From: Mobula hypostoma
Lineage: Eukaryota
Assembly (NCBI RefSeq): GCF_963921235.1
Contig: NC_086097.1
Coordinates: forward strand, 66,218,001-66,282,000
DNA: 64,000 bases
Direction of reading: 5' to 3'
In this document: positions 37,915 to 52,240 of the stretch, piece after piece
Position numbering within the stretch: the first letter of the stretch is position 1
Layout of the letters: every line of letters begins with the position of its first letter
Notes under the pieces: generated by a model
Told to the model about the DNA's origin: nothing
Seen by the model: the letters and a program-made list of their open reading frames with translations, nothing else
The model's database searches: none
Translations under genes and position numbers: made by a program

Positions 37915-39603
37915 TTTGTTTTAGATGTTTACTTTTTGTCTTCTGCATTAGTGTGTCAGTAGAAAAGAGTAAATTTTAGATTTCCAAACATTAATTTTCT
38001 GAAAAAATTAATTTACTTAGAAATTTTTGCATTTCAATAAAGAAAGTAACACATTAAGTCATCAGAATCAGGTTTAATATCACCAGCATATGTCATGAAA
38101 TTTGTTAACTTTACAGCAGCAGTACAATGAAATACATGGTAAATAAATATAGAGGAAAAAAACCTGAATTACAGTAAATATATGTATGTCTATTAAATAG
38201 TTAAGTTAAAATAAGCAGTGCAAAACAAAACAGAAATAAAAAATGTGGTGAGAGAAACTTGATTAATTTGTCGGTATATAGCCCAGTGTATGATTAAACA
38301 AAGATTCCAAACAGGTGCTAATGATCAATGACATAATGAGTTGAATGAACTAAACTGATTAACTGTAACAGAAATGCATGTGGAAGGAATCAAAATGGGT
38401 GAAGGACAACCAAACTAAAAGATGAGGGTATGGCAGATGTGATAATTTAACCTTCAAATAATCAATTCTTACACTATGGCAAGAGTGAGCATAGCAACAA
38501 GACACAAGGTGGTCATCCTACATCAGCAAGGTCTCTTCCAAGCAGAAATTTGGTAGCAGACAAGTGTTTCAAGATGTGCTGTTTGAGCTCTTCTGAAGAA
38601 GCACTTAAACCAGGCAAGGTTGAGGACCAGAATACAGTGGTTGGCCACAGAAACTGAGTGCAACAGACAAGAGATGTATCGAATTGATGTCTTTTCTAAA
38701 TTGGAAGAAGTCCAGTGCTACTGTCTGCTCTGAACTCACAGAAACCACTGGAACCCAATTACACCCCTCTACAGTTTGGAGAAGTCTTGTCAGAAGTGGT
38801 CTTCATGGAAAAGTTGCTACCAAAAAGCCATTCCTCTGAAGTGGAAACAAAGCCAAGAGACTCACCCAAGCACAAAAACACAAGGACTGGGGTGCTGAAC
38901 AATGGCAGCAAGTGCTCTGGACTGACGAGTCAAAATTTGAAGTTTTTGGCTCAAACAGGAAGTAGTTTGACCGTAGAAGAACTGGACAGTGCTACATGGA
39001 TAAGTGTGTACAGCCAACAGTGAAACATGGCAGAGGTTCCCTGCAGGTTTGTGACTGCATTTCTGCAAATAGAGTTGGTGATCTGGTCGGAATTAATGGA
39101 GTCTTCAATGCTGAGAAGTACAAGCCGATTCTCATCCATCAAGCAATACCATCAAGGAAGGATCTGATTGGTCCCAACTTCATTCTGCAGCAGGACAATG
39201 ACTCCAAACAGATGACCAAGTTCATAAAAAATTATCTTCAGTGAAAAGAAAACAAGGAGTTCTACAATAATTGTATGGCCTCCACAGAGCCCTGATCTCA
39301 GCACATCGAGGCTGACTGGGATTACCTGGAGAGACAGCTAAAGTCTGCAGAACTGTGGCAAGTTCTCGAAGAATCTTGGAACAACCTACCAGCTGATTTT
39401 CTTAAAAAACTGCATGACAGAATTGATGCAGTTTTAAAGTCAAAGAGTGGTCACACCAAATATTGATTTGACTTAGTTTTTTTTTACCATTTACTGCTCT
39501 TTAGAGTAAATGTTTGATATTTAGAAACTTTTCATTACTTTTTAAAGCATCTTTGCTTTACAGAATTATTTTTACATGTGCCTAAGACTTTTGCACAGTA
39601 CTG
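37915..39603 (+). mobile_element. Tc1/mariner transposon with a decayed transposase (38476-39466); a Rex tail is inserted at ~38060-38250
   Basis: MARVSIATRHKVVILHQQG start, plus QPTVKHG.GSL, QQDND.K and WPPQSPDL motifs. The right TIR GTGCCTAAGACTTTTGCACAGTACTG is followed by TA. The left TIR was not found. Confidence 0.9.
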
Positions 39604-40519
39604 TACATAAAGAACAACAGAAGTGACAAAAGAATTAAAAGGGGGTTGTTGGTCAATGTAAAGTGAAGGAATTGAACTAATGGGATTGCTCAACTGTCAA
39701 TCATCGTGGTCTTAATAGGCTAAATGGTCTTGTTCTGTGTCATAGTAAAGAATATTCTGAAGCTGTTTGCATAAATGAAGAGGACAATACAGAGGTAATA
39801 ACTGATGTATTAGCTAAAGATGGGGAATTGTGATATTGTGTGGGATTTAAAAATAAGTAAATAAGTACATGTCAAATGTTTACTATCAATTAAAAAAGAT
39901 CAATTGCTTAACAAGGTGAAATATATCTGGACTATTTGAGGAAGTGAGAGAAAATATGAGGGGCTGTGACTAAAATCAGCTGCAGAATTGGTGCCAGAGT
40001 TTTAGAAGACTGCCGTTGCTGTATTGTTTCAAAAGAGAGAGGAAAATGAACTGACTACAGTCAGTCCCCAGGTTATGATAGGATTGCATTCCTGAAAACT
40101 TCATAATGCAAATGGAAATCAACAACAAGAGTGTGGGAGAGGATCACAGAAGCAGCTGTGATGGGAAAGTTAGCAGGCACAGTAAGAACAGACACCATCC
40201 TATCTCACCGCCTCAGTCTGCTCAGCGCGGCCAGCTCTGCGCAGCCTTATCTAACAACTAATTGTTGCTGCTGAAGTGGGGCTTGGTTGGGACAATTGGG
40301 ATAGTATGTGGAAATGCCTTGTTCCTTGTTCCATTCCTACCTGGCAGATGATGCCTGAAGACCCACCACAATTGGCAAATACAGCATGCTAGTCTAATTG
40401 ACACTTGTTTGCAGGGGCTTTCCATTAGTTGGGCAACATAATCAAGGGAGGGTGTTTGTTTAATTTTGATAGTGGATACATGGTTGAAATTGATTCCAAG
40501 AAATACCATGAACTTGTAG

Positions 40520-41730
40520 TTAAGAGAGGCATAGATTAATCAGGGAGCATCAGTATGGATTTATTAAAGGATTGCCTAATTTGATTGACATTTACTGCAA
40601 AGGTAATGGGAATATTGATAAGGGCAGTGAATTTGATTACATCTATATAGATTTTTAACCAAGGATTTCAACACCCACATTGTAGACTGATTTAAAAAAA
40701 AAGTAAAACGCCTGGAATTCAAGTGAGAGTAGAAAATTAGATCCACTATTACCTTACTGGCAGGAAGCAAAGGTTGATGGGTGTTGTTCTAAGTGTAGAC
40801 TACTAGTTCTTAGCAATCAGCAGTCATTTCCTTGTTTTATGTAAAGCATATTAATGTCTTGGTCCTAAAAGTAGGGTACATGATAGAGGAGTTTGCAGCT
40901 GATACAAAAATACTCCGTGTAGTTGCAAGAAGGAAAGTTGCAGATTGCAAAAAATTATTAATGGCCTGATCAATCGTACAGTAAAATTGTGAAATAGAGT
41001 TAAATACAGAGAAATTAGATCTAATGTAGTTGGAGAAGGGAATGTATAGTTAGTAGGAGGATATTGATTGGTGGGGAAGAACAAATAGATCCTGAAGTGT
41101 ATGCTCATTGATGCTTAAAGATAGCAGAAGAAATCATTTAATGTAGTTAGAATGGCACATTGAATACTTCCCCTTTATTAACCAAGGCACAGAGAGCAGG
41201 GAGATAGATAACTGCTTGAGTAGTGCATGCAATTCTGGTCATCAAATTATAGTGAACTTATAATGAACTCATTGGATAAGGTGCAGAGGAGAGCTAAAAG
41301 GACAAGAAGTTTTTAGATCCATGAACAGTTTGGTTAAATAGGATTACTTTCTTTGGAACAGAAAAGCCAATGGGGAGACTTAACTGAGATGTATGAAATT
41401 TTGATAGATAGGAAGGTTACTTTCCCCTTAATGGAGGGATCAGAAACTGGGGGTGGGGGGCATGGACTTAAATAGGTAGGTAAATATTAAAGGATAATTG
41501 ACAGGTCTAGGAAGAGAATCTAAGAGGCTTTGAACATGCTGCCAGAAAGAGTGGTCATTATTGAGACAGTCATCACATTTTAGAAATACTTGGAAGTGTA
41601 CTTGAAAAGCTGTGACCAGCAGAACCACAGGTTAAGTGCTGGAAAATGAGATTAGGATGGGTCAAATTTTTTTGGATTGACATGCATGCAATGGGATCAG
41701 TGGCCCTCTGTATCCTGCATTTTCTATATC
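40520..41730 (+). mobile_element. Old, highly degenerate CR1 LINE
   Basis: Remnants of QYGFIKG, YIDF, FAADT and the C-terminal RT region. Confidence 0.7.
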
Positions 41731-44399
41731 TGTGTATCATTGGTTAACTATAAGATGCAGTATCAACAGGGCATTGCATTGTGAGAAGTTTATTTTTACT
41801 TTGCTTTGTTCTTTTAGTCCTACTGAATTGTGTAGGAGCAGATGCACAGTGACATTTATATTGAAGAAATACAAGGGGATGGTGTTAGATAATTTATGAC
41901 ACTCTATTGTCTTCATAGGTAGAACTATAAGTAAAATTGCGTAAAAGAGACCCCCATGTCATGGCAGTTTGTGGCAAAGCAATTTGCTTTAGAGAATTCA
42001 CAGATCACAACCAAAACATCTGGGATATGGAATAAAATCTTGTGAAATTTATATGAAAAATGTAAACAAATGCAGTTTTTTTCCAGCTCTCATTTCTTGA
42101 TGAATGAAGTGACTTTGTGTTATGCAAAATTTTAGTGAGGACTGTTTTCTAGGAAAGCACACACTACCTGAGGGCCATCTGTATTAACTGAAGGTTTCTT
42201 TCGAGAGCCTGATGTCCTATTATTCTACCATTCCCTAAGTTACTGGGGCAGTCTTCCATCATCTGCTCCTTGCTGGGTAACAAATTGAAGACAAAATTGA
42301 TTTTGGAGACATTGGTGGGACAGCCTATCATAACAGTTACATGAAAATGAAGCATTGATTCTTTGAAGCCTATTTGTATAGTCAACACTTATTAAGAGGA
42401 CTGCTTGGGACTTGGGTCATTATATTTTTGATGCTCAAAGCTGTTACAGTGAAGCCAGATTAACATTTCAAGTTATCATCTTATTTCATTTGCTGATTGC
42501 ATTAATTGTTTGATATTGTTTCTGTGCATTGTAATAATTTGCAAGGACCTTGTGGCAAAATAGTGAATGCGGTAGCAACTTTCATTGCATCTTATAGTGC
42601 TACCTACATGGCCAATAATTACAGTTTAAGTTCCAGCAGATGATATATCATTGTTCCCTTGATGAAGCAAATGTATATAGAGCCAACTGTTGTCTATCTA
42701 TTCTAAGATGTAAATTTGTATATGGGTCTTAGCTATTTTTAAACTGAGAATTTTTCAATGAATAAAGTAATTTCTCTTTTGAAAGGATACTTTCTATAAG
42801 GCAGTTTCAAATTTCAAAAAAAAATTTATGCCAAAAAATTTGCATTGGAGATTATGCCATCTTAATGTTTAGGGGCCAAAAAAACACTGACAGAAATGAA
42901 GAGTGGATTAAGAACAGATGTCATGACATTGACATTGGCATTCTCAGTGATGAAATTTATGTTTTGGCAAAACTCACTCATCTTTTCCCAACCACCACTG
43001 TGATATATCCAGTTTGAAAGTGAGTAGAAATCATTAATCTATAAAATCAGCAATGTGTGGAAATAGATATAATGTCATTCAATTCTTGTACTACAGACAA
43101 CATTATGTTGTGAACTGTCATTGATTTTCAAGAGTGATTTACCTTAGTAAATTTGAGGTCCTCTCCTGATATTAAGGACTATATACCTTGTTTTAGGCAT
43201 TAGGAAAAAATATGACGCGGTTCTATCCTGAATTCCAGTACTTGAAGACCCAATGTACTCAACTTCTGGTGATAGGAGAAAATCTAATATAGAAACATAG
43301 AAAACCTACAGCACAATACAGGCCCTTCGGCCTACAAAGCTGTGCCGAACATATCAGACATTAGGGTAAGTAACATTGCTGAGATAAACATAATCCATTA
43401 TGGGTTGTTGTGTAGGAATGAAAATGGAGCAGGTCCGTTGCAGGCGATAAAGTAAAGACCAGGACCTTGGGTATGGAAATTTCAGGATTAGCACAGTTGC
43501 TGCATTTAATTTGATGCAGAAGTAAACAGATCAGGGAGGTAAACTCGTTTCTATAGGAGGGATCTGGCAATGAGCAGCTCAGTCTAGAGGACACCAGTGC
43601 TTTTTCCTCAGCAGGACAGAGATGATTAGCTATTTGTAGCTGAATAGTTAGCACCAATTACTCTTTAATTTGGATCCCAGTGAAAGGTTACATTGGCTGT
43701 TGGAATTCATTTTAATGAATGGTGATGGGTGATACTGTGGAGTGTTAGAGTGATTTTTGGATTTAGGACACGTACATTTAGCAATTGACATTAGCTACCA
43801 GTCTTCACATCTGAATATGTATTGTGTATTTAATTTGGAGTGCAGCTGTGAACAATGGGTTCCTAAAGGCAGTGAATCCCAGACCAGACAATGCTGATTA
43901 AAATTCATTTGGCTGTCTGTGGTGTGGATGCGAATCAGGAGATGTGAAGGTTGTATGTAGTTTCAAAAAAAACATTGTCCATACATTGTAAATATGGTAT
44001 TGTCCTATGATGTTTGGCACATTAAATATTGAGCAGCACGTTGGGGAGCAGACCTTTCGACCGAAAGCATCTCCATATGATGCCTGCTATATCTTATTTT
44101 GTCAAATATCGAATAAAGGAGCTGCTTTGTATCTACCTATACTTTTCTCCAGAGGCTTCATTTATGCAACACCAGAGAGGGTTGATCTAGAAACAAAAAT
44201 AACAACAATAGTTTCAAGATTAGAAGAGGGAAACAAACAATTCAGATCTCAAATGTAGAAATTCAGGGGATGGGAATTCTCAACTACAAGCAGCATAGAA
44301 TTTATCTGTAATATGTAAAAAGCAATGCCAGGGCAGAGGGGTAGTATAATTTAGGGTCATTTATGAAAATAAGAGTTCTATGACTCGCAAGGTAGGAGG

Positions 44400-45870
44400 A
44401 GAGGATTCCAAGCCAGGTTGAAATGCCGAGGAATGAAACTCCCTCTACCCAGCATCTTGTTAGCAAATGTACAGTTGCTGGAGAACAAAGTTCAAAGTAT
44501 TTTTCAAAGTAAATTTATTATCAAAGTCCATACATGCCATTGTATACAACCCTGCGATTCATTTTCTTACGGGCATACTTAATAAGTCCATACTAGGATA
44601 ATAGCCATAATAGAATCAATGAAAGACTGAACCAACTTGGGTGTTTAACCAGTGTGCAAAAGACAACAACTGAACAAATAAAAATAAATAAATAAATAAA
44701 TAAGGAATAACTATCGAGAGCATGAAATGAAGAGTCCTTAAAATTGAATCCATAGCCTGTGGGAGCATTTCATTGATAGAGCCAGTGAAGTTGACTAAAG
44801 TTATCCCCTTTGGTTCAAGAGCCTGATGGCTGAGGTGTAATAACTGTTCCTGAAGCTGGTATAAATCCTGAGCTGTCCTGATGAAGGGTCCCAGCCTGAA
44901 ACGCCCATGGATGCTGCCTAGTCTGCTGAGTTTCTCCAGCACTTTGTGTGTATTGCTTTGATTTCCAGCACCTGCAGATTTTCTCTTGTTTCTGAGGCTC
45001 CTGTACCTTCTTCCTGATAGCAGCAGTCAGAAGAGAGCATGTCCTGGTGGTGGGGGTCCCTGATGATGGATGCTGCTTTCCTACGCTTTATGTAGGTATG
45101 CTCAATGATGAGGAGGGCTTTACCCATGATGGACTGGGCCATATCCACTACTTTTTATAGGATTTTCTATGCAAGGCCATTGGTGTTTCCATACCAGGCT
45201 GTGAAGCAGCCAGTCAATGTACTCTCCACTATACATCTATAGAAGTTTATCAAAGTTATAGAGGTCATGCCGAATCTTCACAAGCTCCTAAGGAAGTAGA
45301 GGCACTGCCATGCTGATTGAGATTGAGGACATAAGGGCAAGATTGTTGTATCAGCAGGAAATGAGGAATTGCTTTGATCTGTGTTTCATGAGACCTGGCT
45401 CACTCGAGACATGCTGGATATGTCAGTAAGATCCGAGGGCTTCTTGATGAACTGGATGGACTGGGCTGCTGATTCAGAGAGGCAAAAGGTGGGGTGGGGG
45501 GGTCTGTGTTTCATGATAACTTTGTGCTTGGATGCAGTGGACTTGTTGCATTGTTGTTCCCATAACCTGGAATATCTGATGATTAAGTGCCAACTGTACT
45601 ACTTACCAAGAGTTGTTCTCTGTGACTTGTTCCGGCTTTACTTGCTTTTAAGTACTTTTCATTTCATGTTCTCTTATTTCTTTCTTTCTGTCTTTCTTAT
45701 TTCTTTTTTCTCTGTATTTGCTCAGTTTTTTTGTACATTGGTTGTTGTGGTCTTTCATTGATTCTATTGTGTTTCTTGTATTTACTGTGATTGTTTACAA
45801 GAAAGTGGATCGCAGGTTGTATATGGTGACGTATATGTACTTTGATAATACTTTGAACTTGAACTTTGTT
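44400..45870. mobile_element. Nest: + strand Rex1/Babar endonuclease remnant split by a - strand Rex 3' copy (44488-45314), itself split by a Penelope-derived piece (44875-44990)
   Basis: LPSILLANVQLLENK before and IEDIRARL...CFHETWLT after the insertion. The inner piece begins GTCCTGATGAAGGGTCCCAGCCTGAAAC. Confidence 0.8.
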
Positions 45871-46985
45871 TAATGTGCAGAGTGTAAGAAATACATTGAG
45901 CCAATTAGAGGCACAAATAAAAATGGCCTTTGAGACAAGTACAAGTTGTTCACAAATGAGAGTTAAATATTCTACATTTTGCGTTTTATAGAAAGGTTAG
46001 AGAAAGTGGAGGTGGAGAATTTCTATTTATTATTTAATTATAGAATTATATATCATTATATTATTATATACCAGAATATGGATAAGGAAAACAATCCAAC
46101 AGTGACTGTATGGTTGGATTAGAGAAATTAGTATAAACCTAAAAACTTAAAATTAAATAAGCGGTATGCTGTATTAGTAATGTTACATAGTTTCTGTGAC
46201 CTGGAGTTTGCAATCAGTGGGGCAGCAGCAACATTAATCTCTGGATAAATCTCTGGATATCAATGGCAAGGATTAACTTTTTCAGACATTGTCGCTGTGG
46301 GGAAAAAAGCAAAAATTATACATAACATTTGTTTTCGTGTTTCTCAAATGTGATTTCCCAATACCAAGTCCTGTAAAAGCCGCCCTCTTGTGGCCATAAA
46401 ATTGCTATCAATCAATGCAGAATTGAAAAAAAATCTTTCAATTGCCCTGTATTTGGGCCTGATTAATTAAAACCGAAGTTTTTGAATTGTTTATTTGCTT
46501 GACTATGATGTGCCTCATAACTATGTGGATTCCAGACTTTAGTCTTAGAGTCATTGAAAAGTACAGCACAGAAGCAGGCCCCTTGGCCCATCTAGTTTGT
46601 GCTGAACTGTTTAAACTGCATACAAGTCAGAATCAGATTTATTATCACTGTTATGAAATTTGTTTTATGGCAGTACAGAAGAAGACAAAAATTATAATGT
46701 TACAAAAAATAAACAAATAATGCAAAGGAGGAATAGCAAGGCAGTATTCATGGGTCACGGACCATTCAGAAATTTGATTGTGGAGGAGAAAAAGCTGTTC
46801 CTAAGACTTTGTCTTCAGGCTCCTGTACCTCCTCCCTGATGGTAGTAATGAACAGAGAGCATTTCCCAGATTGTAAGGGTCTTTAATAATGGTTTTATCG
46901 CACTCCTGTATGCCTCATTGCCATCTGAGATTCTCCCAAAACAGTGGTGTCATTGTCAAATTTATATTTGAGTTATACATTAATT

Positions 46986-47292
46986 TGGCACGTGGCCAAG
47001 TGGTTAAGGCATTGGACTAGCGACCTGAAAGTCGTGAGTTCGAGCCCCAGCCAAGGCAATGTGTTGTGTCCTTGAGCAAGGCACTTAATCACGCATTGCT
47101 CTGCGACGACACTGGTGCCAAGCTGTATGGGTCCTAATGCCCTTTCCTTGGATAACATTGGTGTCGTGGAGAGGGGAGACTTGCAGCATGGGCAACTGCT
47201 GGTCTTCCATACAACCTTGCCCAGGCCTGCACCCTGGAGAGTGAAGACTTTCCAGGCGCAGATCCATGGTCTCGCAAGACTAACGGATGCCT
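46986..47292 (+). mobile_element. tRNA-derived SINE, full length
   Basis: A box TGGCCAAGTGG and B box GTTCGAGCC. Perfect 13-bp TSD TTATACATTAATT (46973-46985 and 47293-47305). Confidence 0.92.
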
Positions 47293-47308
47293 TTATACAT
47301 TAATTATA

Positions 47309-50300
47309 CCATAAGACGTTGGAGCAGAATTAGACCACTCAGCCATCGAGTCTACTCCACCTTTCAATCCTGACTGATTTATTATCCCTCTTCTGGCCTG
47401 CCTTCTCCTCGTAACCCTTGACACCCTGTCTAACCAAGAACCTATCAACCTCTGCTTTAAATATGCCCAAAGACTCGGCCACCTCAGCTGTCTGTGGCAA
47501 TGAATTCCATAGCTTCACCACCTTCTCGCAAAAGAAATTCCTTCTCATCTCGTTTCTAAATGGACATCACTCTATTCTGAGGCTGTGCTTTTTGGTCCGA
47601 GATTAACCCACTAAAGGAAGCATCCTCTCCATAGTCACCCTGTCAAGGCTTTTCAGTATTCAATAGGTTTTAATGAGGTTCCCCACCCCCATTGAGTAAA
47701 GGCCCAGAACTGTCAAACACTCCTCATACATTAACTCTTTCATCCCTGGAAACATCTTATGAACAACCTCTGGACCCTCTCCAATGCCAGCATATCTTTT
47801 CTTAGATAAGGGACCCAAAACTGCTCACAATACTCACAAGTGCAGTCTGACAAATGCCTTAGAAAGCCTCAGCGTCACATCCTTGCTCTTACATTCTAGC
47901 CCCTTCAAAATGAATGCTGACATTGCATTTGCCTTCTTTACCACCAACTCAACCTACAAGTTAACCTTCAGGAAATCTGCACAGGGACTTCCAAGTCACT
48001 TTGCACCTCCAATTTTGTATGTTCTTCCCATTCAGAAAGTCACCTTTATTCCTTCTACAAAGTGCATGACCATACACTCCTATACACTATATTCCATCTG
48101 CCATTTATTTGTCCATTCTCCCAATCTGTCTTAGTTGTTCTGCAGACTCCCTGCTTCCTCAACACTATTTGCTCCTCCACCTATCTTTGTATCATCTGCA
48201 AGTTTGACCACAGAGCCATCAATTCTGTCATCTGTGTCGTTGACATGTGATGTGAAAAGAAGCAGTCCCAATACTGACCCCTAAGGAACACCACTGGTCA
48301 ACAGCAGCCAACTAGAAAAAGTTCCCTTTATTCCCACTCTTTGTCTCCTGCCAATCAGCCACTCTTTTATCCATGCTAGTATCTTAACTCTAACACCATG
48401 GGCTCTTACCTTATTAAGCAGAGTCATATGTGGCATGTTGTCAAAGGCCTTCTGAAATCCAAATAAACAGCACCCACTGACTCTCCTTTGCCTATCCTAC
48501 CTGTTATTTTCTCAAAGAATTCCAATAGATTTGTCGTGCAAGATTTCCCCTTAAGGAAACCATGTTAACTTTGGCCTACTTTATCATGCACCTCCAAGTA
48601 CCATGAAACTTCATCCTTAATAATGGACTCCACCATCTTCTCAAACACTGAAGTCAAGCTAACTTGCCTATAATCTCCTTTCTTTTGTCTCCTCCCTTTA
48701 TTAAAAGTGGAGTGTTATTTGAAAATTCCTGGTCCTCTGGAACTATTCTGGAGTGCAGTGATTCTTGAAAGATCATTACTAATCCTTATGCATTCTCTTC
48801 AGCTACATCTTTCGGAATCCTGTGGTAGTCCATCTGGTCCAGGTGACTTATCTACCTTCAGCTTCCCAAACACCTTCTCCTTTGTAATAGCATTTGCACT
48901 CACTTCTGCCCCCTGTCACTCTGGAATTTCTGGCACACTCTAGTATTTTTCATGGTGAAGACTGATGCAAAATGCTTATTAAGTTTGTTTGCCATTTCTT
49001 TGTCCCACATTGCTGCATCATTTACCAGCTGTCCAATATCCACTCTGGCCTCTCTTTTACTCTTTATATATCTGAGCAAACTTTTAGTATCCTCTTTGAT
49101 ACTTTTGGCTAGCTTACCTTCATATTTCATCTTTTATCTCATTATAGCTTTTTTTTAAGTTGTCTTCTGTTTTAAAAGCTTCCCATTCTTTAACTTCCCA
49201 CTAATTTTTGCTACATTATATGCCATCTCTTTTGCTTTTATGCAGTCATTGACTTCCCTTGTCACCCACGGTTGCCTCATCCTCCCCTTAGAATACTTCA
49301 TCATCTTTGGGATGTATCTATTCTGCACCTTCCAAATTGCCCCAGAATCTCCAGCCATTGCTGGTCTGCTGTCATCCCTGCTACTGTTCTTTCCAGTCTA
49401 CTTTGGCCAGCTCTTCTCTCATGTCTCTGTAATTCTCTTTACTCCACTGTAGTAATGATACATCTGATTTTTATCATCTCCCTCTCAAACTGCAGGATGA
49501 ATTCTATTACTGCTTCCTAAGGGTTCCTTTACTACAAGCTCTCTAATCAACTCTGGTTCATTACACAACACCCTATTGAGAATTACCTTTCTCCTAGTGG
49601 GCTCAACCACAAGCTTCTCTTAAAAAGCCTCCTTGTAGGTATTCTGCAAATTCTCTCTCATGGGATCCAGTATCAATGTGATTTTCCCAATCTACCTGCA
49701 TAATGAAATCCCCCATGACCATCGTAATTTTACCCTTGTTACATGGCTTTTGTATTTTCCATTGAAATTAATATCCCATATCCTGGCTACCATTCAGTGG
49801 CCTGTATATAACTCCCATCAAGGTCTTTTTACCCTTTCAGTTTCTTTACTCTACCCACATGGATTCTACATCTTCCAGTCCTATGTCATCTCCTTCTAAG
49901 GATTTGACTGCATTTTTTATCAAACAAACCACATCAACCTCTCTGCCCACCCGCCTGTCCTTTCGATATAATGTATTTCTTTGCATGTTAAGCTTTCAAC
50001 TGTGATCTTCTTTTAGCCATGTCGCAGTGGTGTCCACAATATCAAACCTGCCAACCTGTAACTGAACTACAAGATCATTTACCTTATTCGATATAATGTG
50101 TGCATACAAATATAAAATCTTCAGTCCCATATTGATTACCTTTTTGATTTTGCCCCCATGTTACGCTTCACCTCATCTGTCTAATTGCAATTTTGCCTAT
50201 CACCTGTCTGTCCATCCTCCCAGTCTCACTACACACTGCATTGACTTGTATACCAACTACCCCATCCTCAGCCCTATCACTCCAGTTACCATCCCCTTGC

Positions 50301-52240
50301 CAAATTCGTTTAACCCTCCCCAGCACCTCTAGCAAATCTGCTGCAAGAATAGTGGTGTCCCTTTGTTTCAAGTGCAATCTATCCTTTTTGTACAGGCCAT
50401 CCCTTCCCCAGAAGAGATCCCAGTGATTCAAAAATCTGAATCCCTGCCCCCTGCACCACTTTCTCAGCCACTCATTCATCTGTACTATCATTCTCTTCCT
50501 GCCTTGACTAGCACATGGCACTGAGAGTAATCCAGAGATTACTACCTGGAAGGTCCTATTCCCTAACTTGCTATACTGACTGCGTGAGACCTTTTCCAAT
50601 ACATGGCTTTGGAATAGATGGCTTTCTTGCCAAGTTTGCAGATGATACGAAGATTGGTGGAGGGGCAGGTAGTGTTGAGGAAACAGGTGGGATGCAGAAG
50701 GGCTTAGACAGATTAGAAGAATGGGCAAGAAAGTGGCAAATGAAATACAATGTTGGAAAATGCATGGTCATGCACTTTGGTAGTAGAAATAAATGTGAGG
50801 ATTATTTTCTAAACGGAGAAAATCCAGGAATCTGAGATGCAGATGGACTTGGGAGTCCTTGTGCAGAACACCCTGAAGGTTAGCTTGCAGGTTGAGTTGG
50901 TGGTGAGGAAGGCAAGTACCATGTTAGCATTTATTTCAAGAGATCTAGAATACAAGAGCAGGAATGTGATGCTGATGCTTTATAAGGCACTGGTGAGGCC
51001 TCGCCTTGAGTATTGTGAACAGTTTGGGGGCCCTTATCTTAGAAAAGATGTGTTGGCATTGGAGACGGTCCAGAGGAAGTTCACAAGGATGATTCCAGGA
51101 ATGAAAGGGTTATCATACAAGGAACGTTTGATAGCTCTGGGTTTACTTGCTGGAGTTCAGAAGGATGAGGAGGGATCTTATTGAAACCCTTTGAATGTTG
51201 AAAGGGAGGGATCTCATTGAAACCCTTTGAATGTTGAAAGGGCCAGACGGAGTAGATGTGGAAAGGATGTTTCCCATGGTGGGAGAGCCTGGGACAAATG
51301 GCAAAGCCTCAGGATAGAGGGGTGCCCTTTTAAAACAGAGATGCGGAGAAATTTCTTTAGCCAAAGGGTGGTGAGTTTTTTGCCACTTGCAGCTGTGGAG
51401 GCCAGGTTGTTGGGTGTATTTAAGGCAGAGATTGATAGGTTCTTGATTGGACATGGCTTCAAAGGTTATGGGGAGAAGGCAGGAACTGGGGTTGAGGAGA
51501 AGATAGAAAAAAGGATCAGCCATGATTGAATGGCGGAGCAGACTTGATAGACCAGTTGGCCTAATTCTGCTGCTATGTCTTATGGTCTTGTGGTCTTCCC
51601 CCTTTCTGCATATGGCATTGGTGCCAATGTGCACCATGGCTTTTGGATGCACACCCTCCCTTTTGAGAGTTTTCTGCAGCTGCTCTAAGACATCCTGAAC
51701 CGTAGCACCTAGGAGGTAACACACTATTTTGGCTTCTCTTTCTTGGTCACAAAATCTGTCCTCCTGATTATTGAGTCTCCTATCACTACTGCTCTGCCTG
51801 ACTTTACCCTTCCTTGCTGAGCCTCAGAGCCGGCCACAGTGCCATTAGCCTGGCTACTGCTGCTGTGTCCTGATTGGTAATCCCCTCAGCAGTATCCTAA
51901 GGAATTTTCTTGTTTATGAGGGGAATACCCACAGGGGAACCCTGCATTGGGTGTGACCACCTCAGTAAAAGACTTATCTATGAGGTTTTCAGCCTCCTAG
52001 ATGGTCCTAGGCGCATTCAGCTTCAGCTCTAGTTCCTTGTCAGTCAGGAGCTGATGTTGTGTGCACTTCCTGCAGATGTAATCAACAGGGAGACTGTTAG
52101 GTACCCTGATACCCACATCTTACAGGAGCACCATTCCACTGTCTGAATTACCATCCTGCCCACACTGTTTTGCCTCTAACCTCTCAAATTTACGTTCTAC
52201 CCTGCGCCTGTTCTCGCCCAAGCCCGTTGAGCCAAAGCCT
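47309..52240 (-). mobile_element. Near full-length degenerate CR1 LINE (3' UTR, RT, EN, esterase ORF1), interrupted at ~50600-51590; the part beyond 51590 may be a separate copy
   Basis: Motifs RRNFFCEKVVKLWNSLP, MANKLNKHFASVFT, VVISGLL...WDLFWGR..LYKKDRLHL and VHIGTNAI. Confidence 0.88.
50600..51590 (+). mobile_element. 5'-truncated CR1 LINE with an internal 36-bp tandem duplication (51171-51242)
   Basis: AKFADDTKIGG and LYKALVRPRLEYC motifs; TCTTATGGTCTT tail. Confidence 0.92.

Noticed and set aside
43197..44258. Possible intermediate exons (acceptor-like sites at ~43196 and ~44152)
   Set aside because: No convincing donor and no recognisable homology.
46986..47060. tRNA gene
   Set aside because: The tRNA-like head continues into a SINE body, and the whole unit is bounded by a 13-bp TSD.
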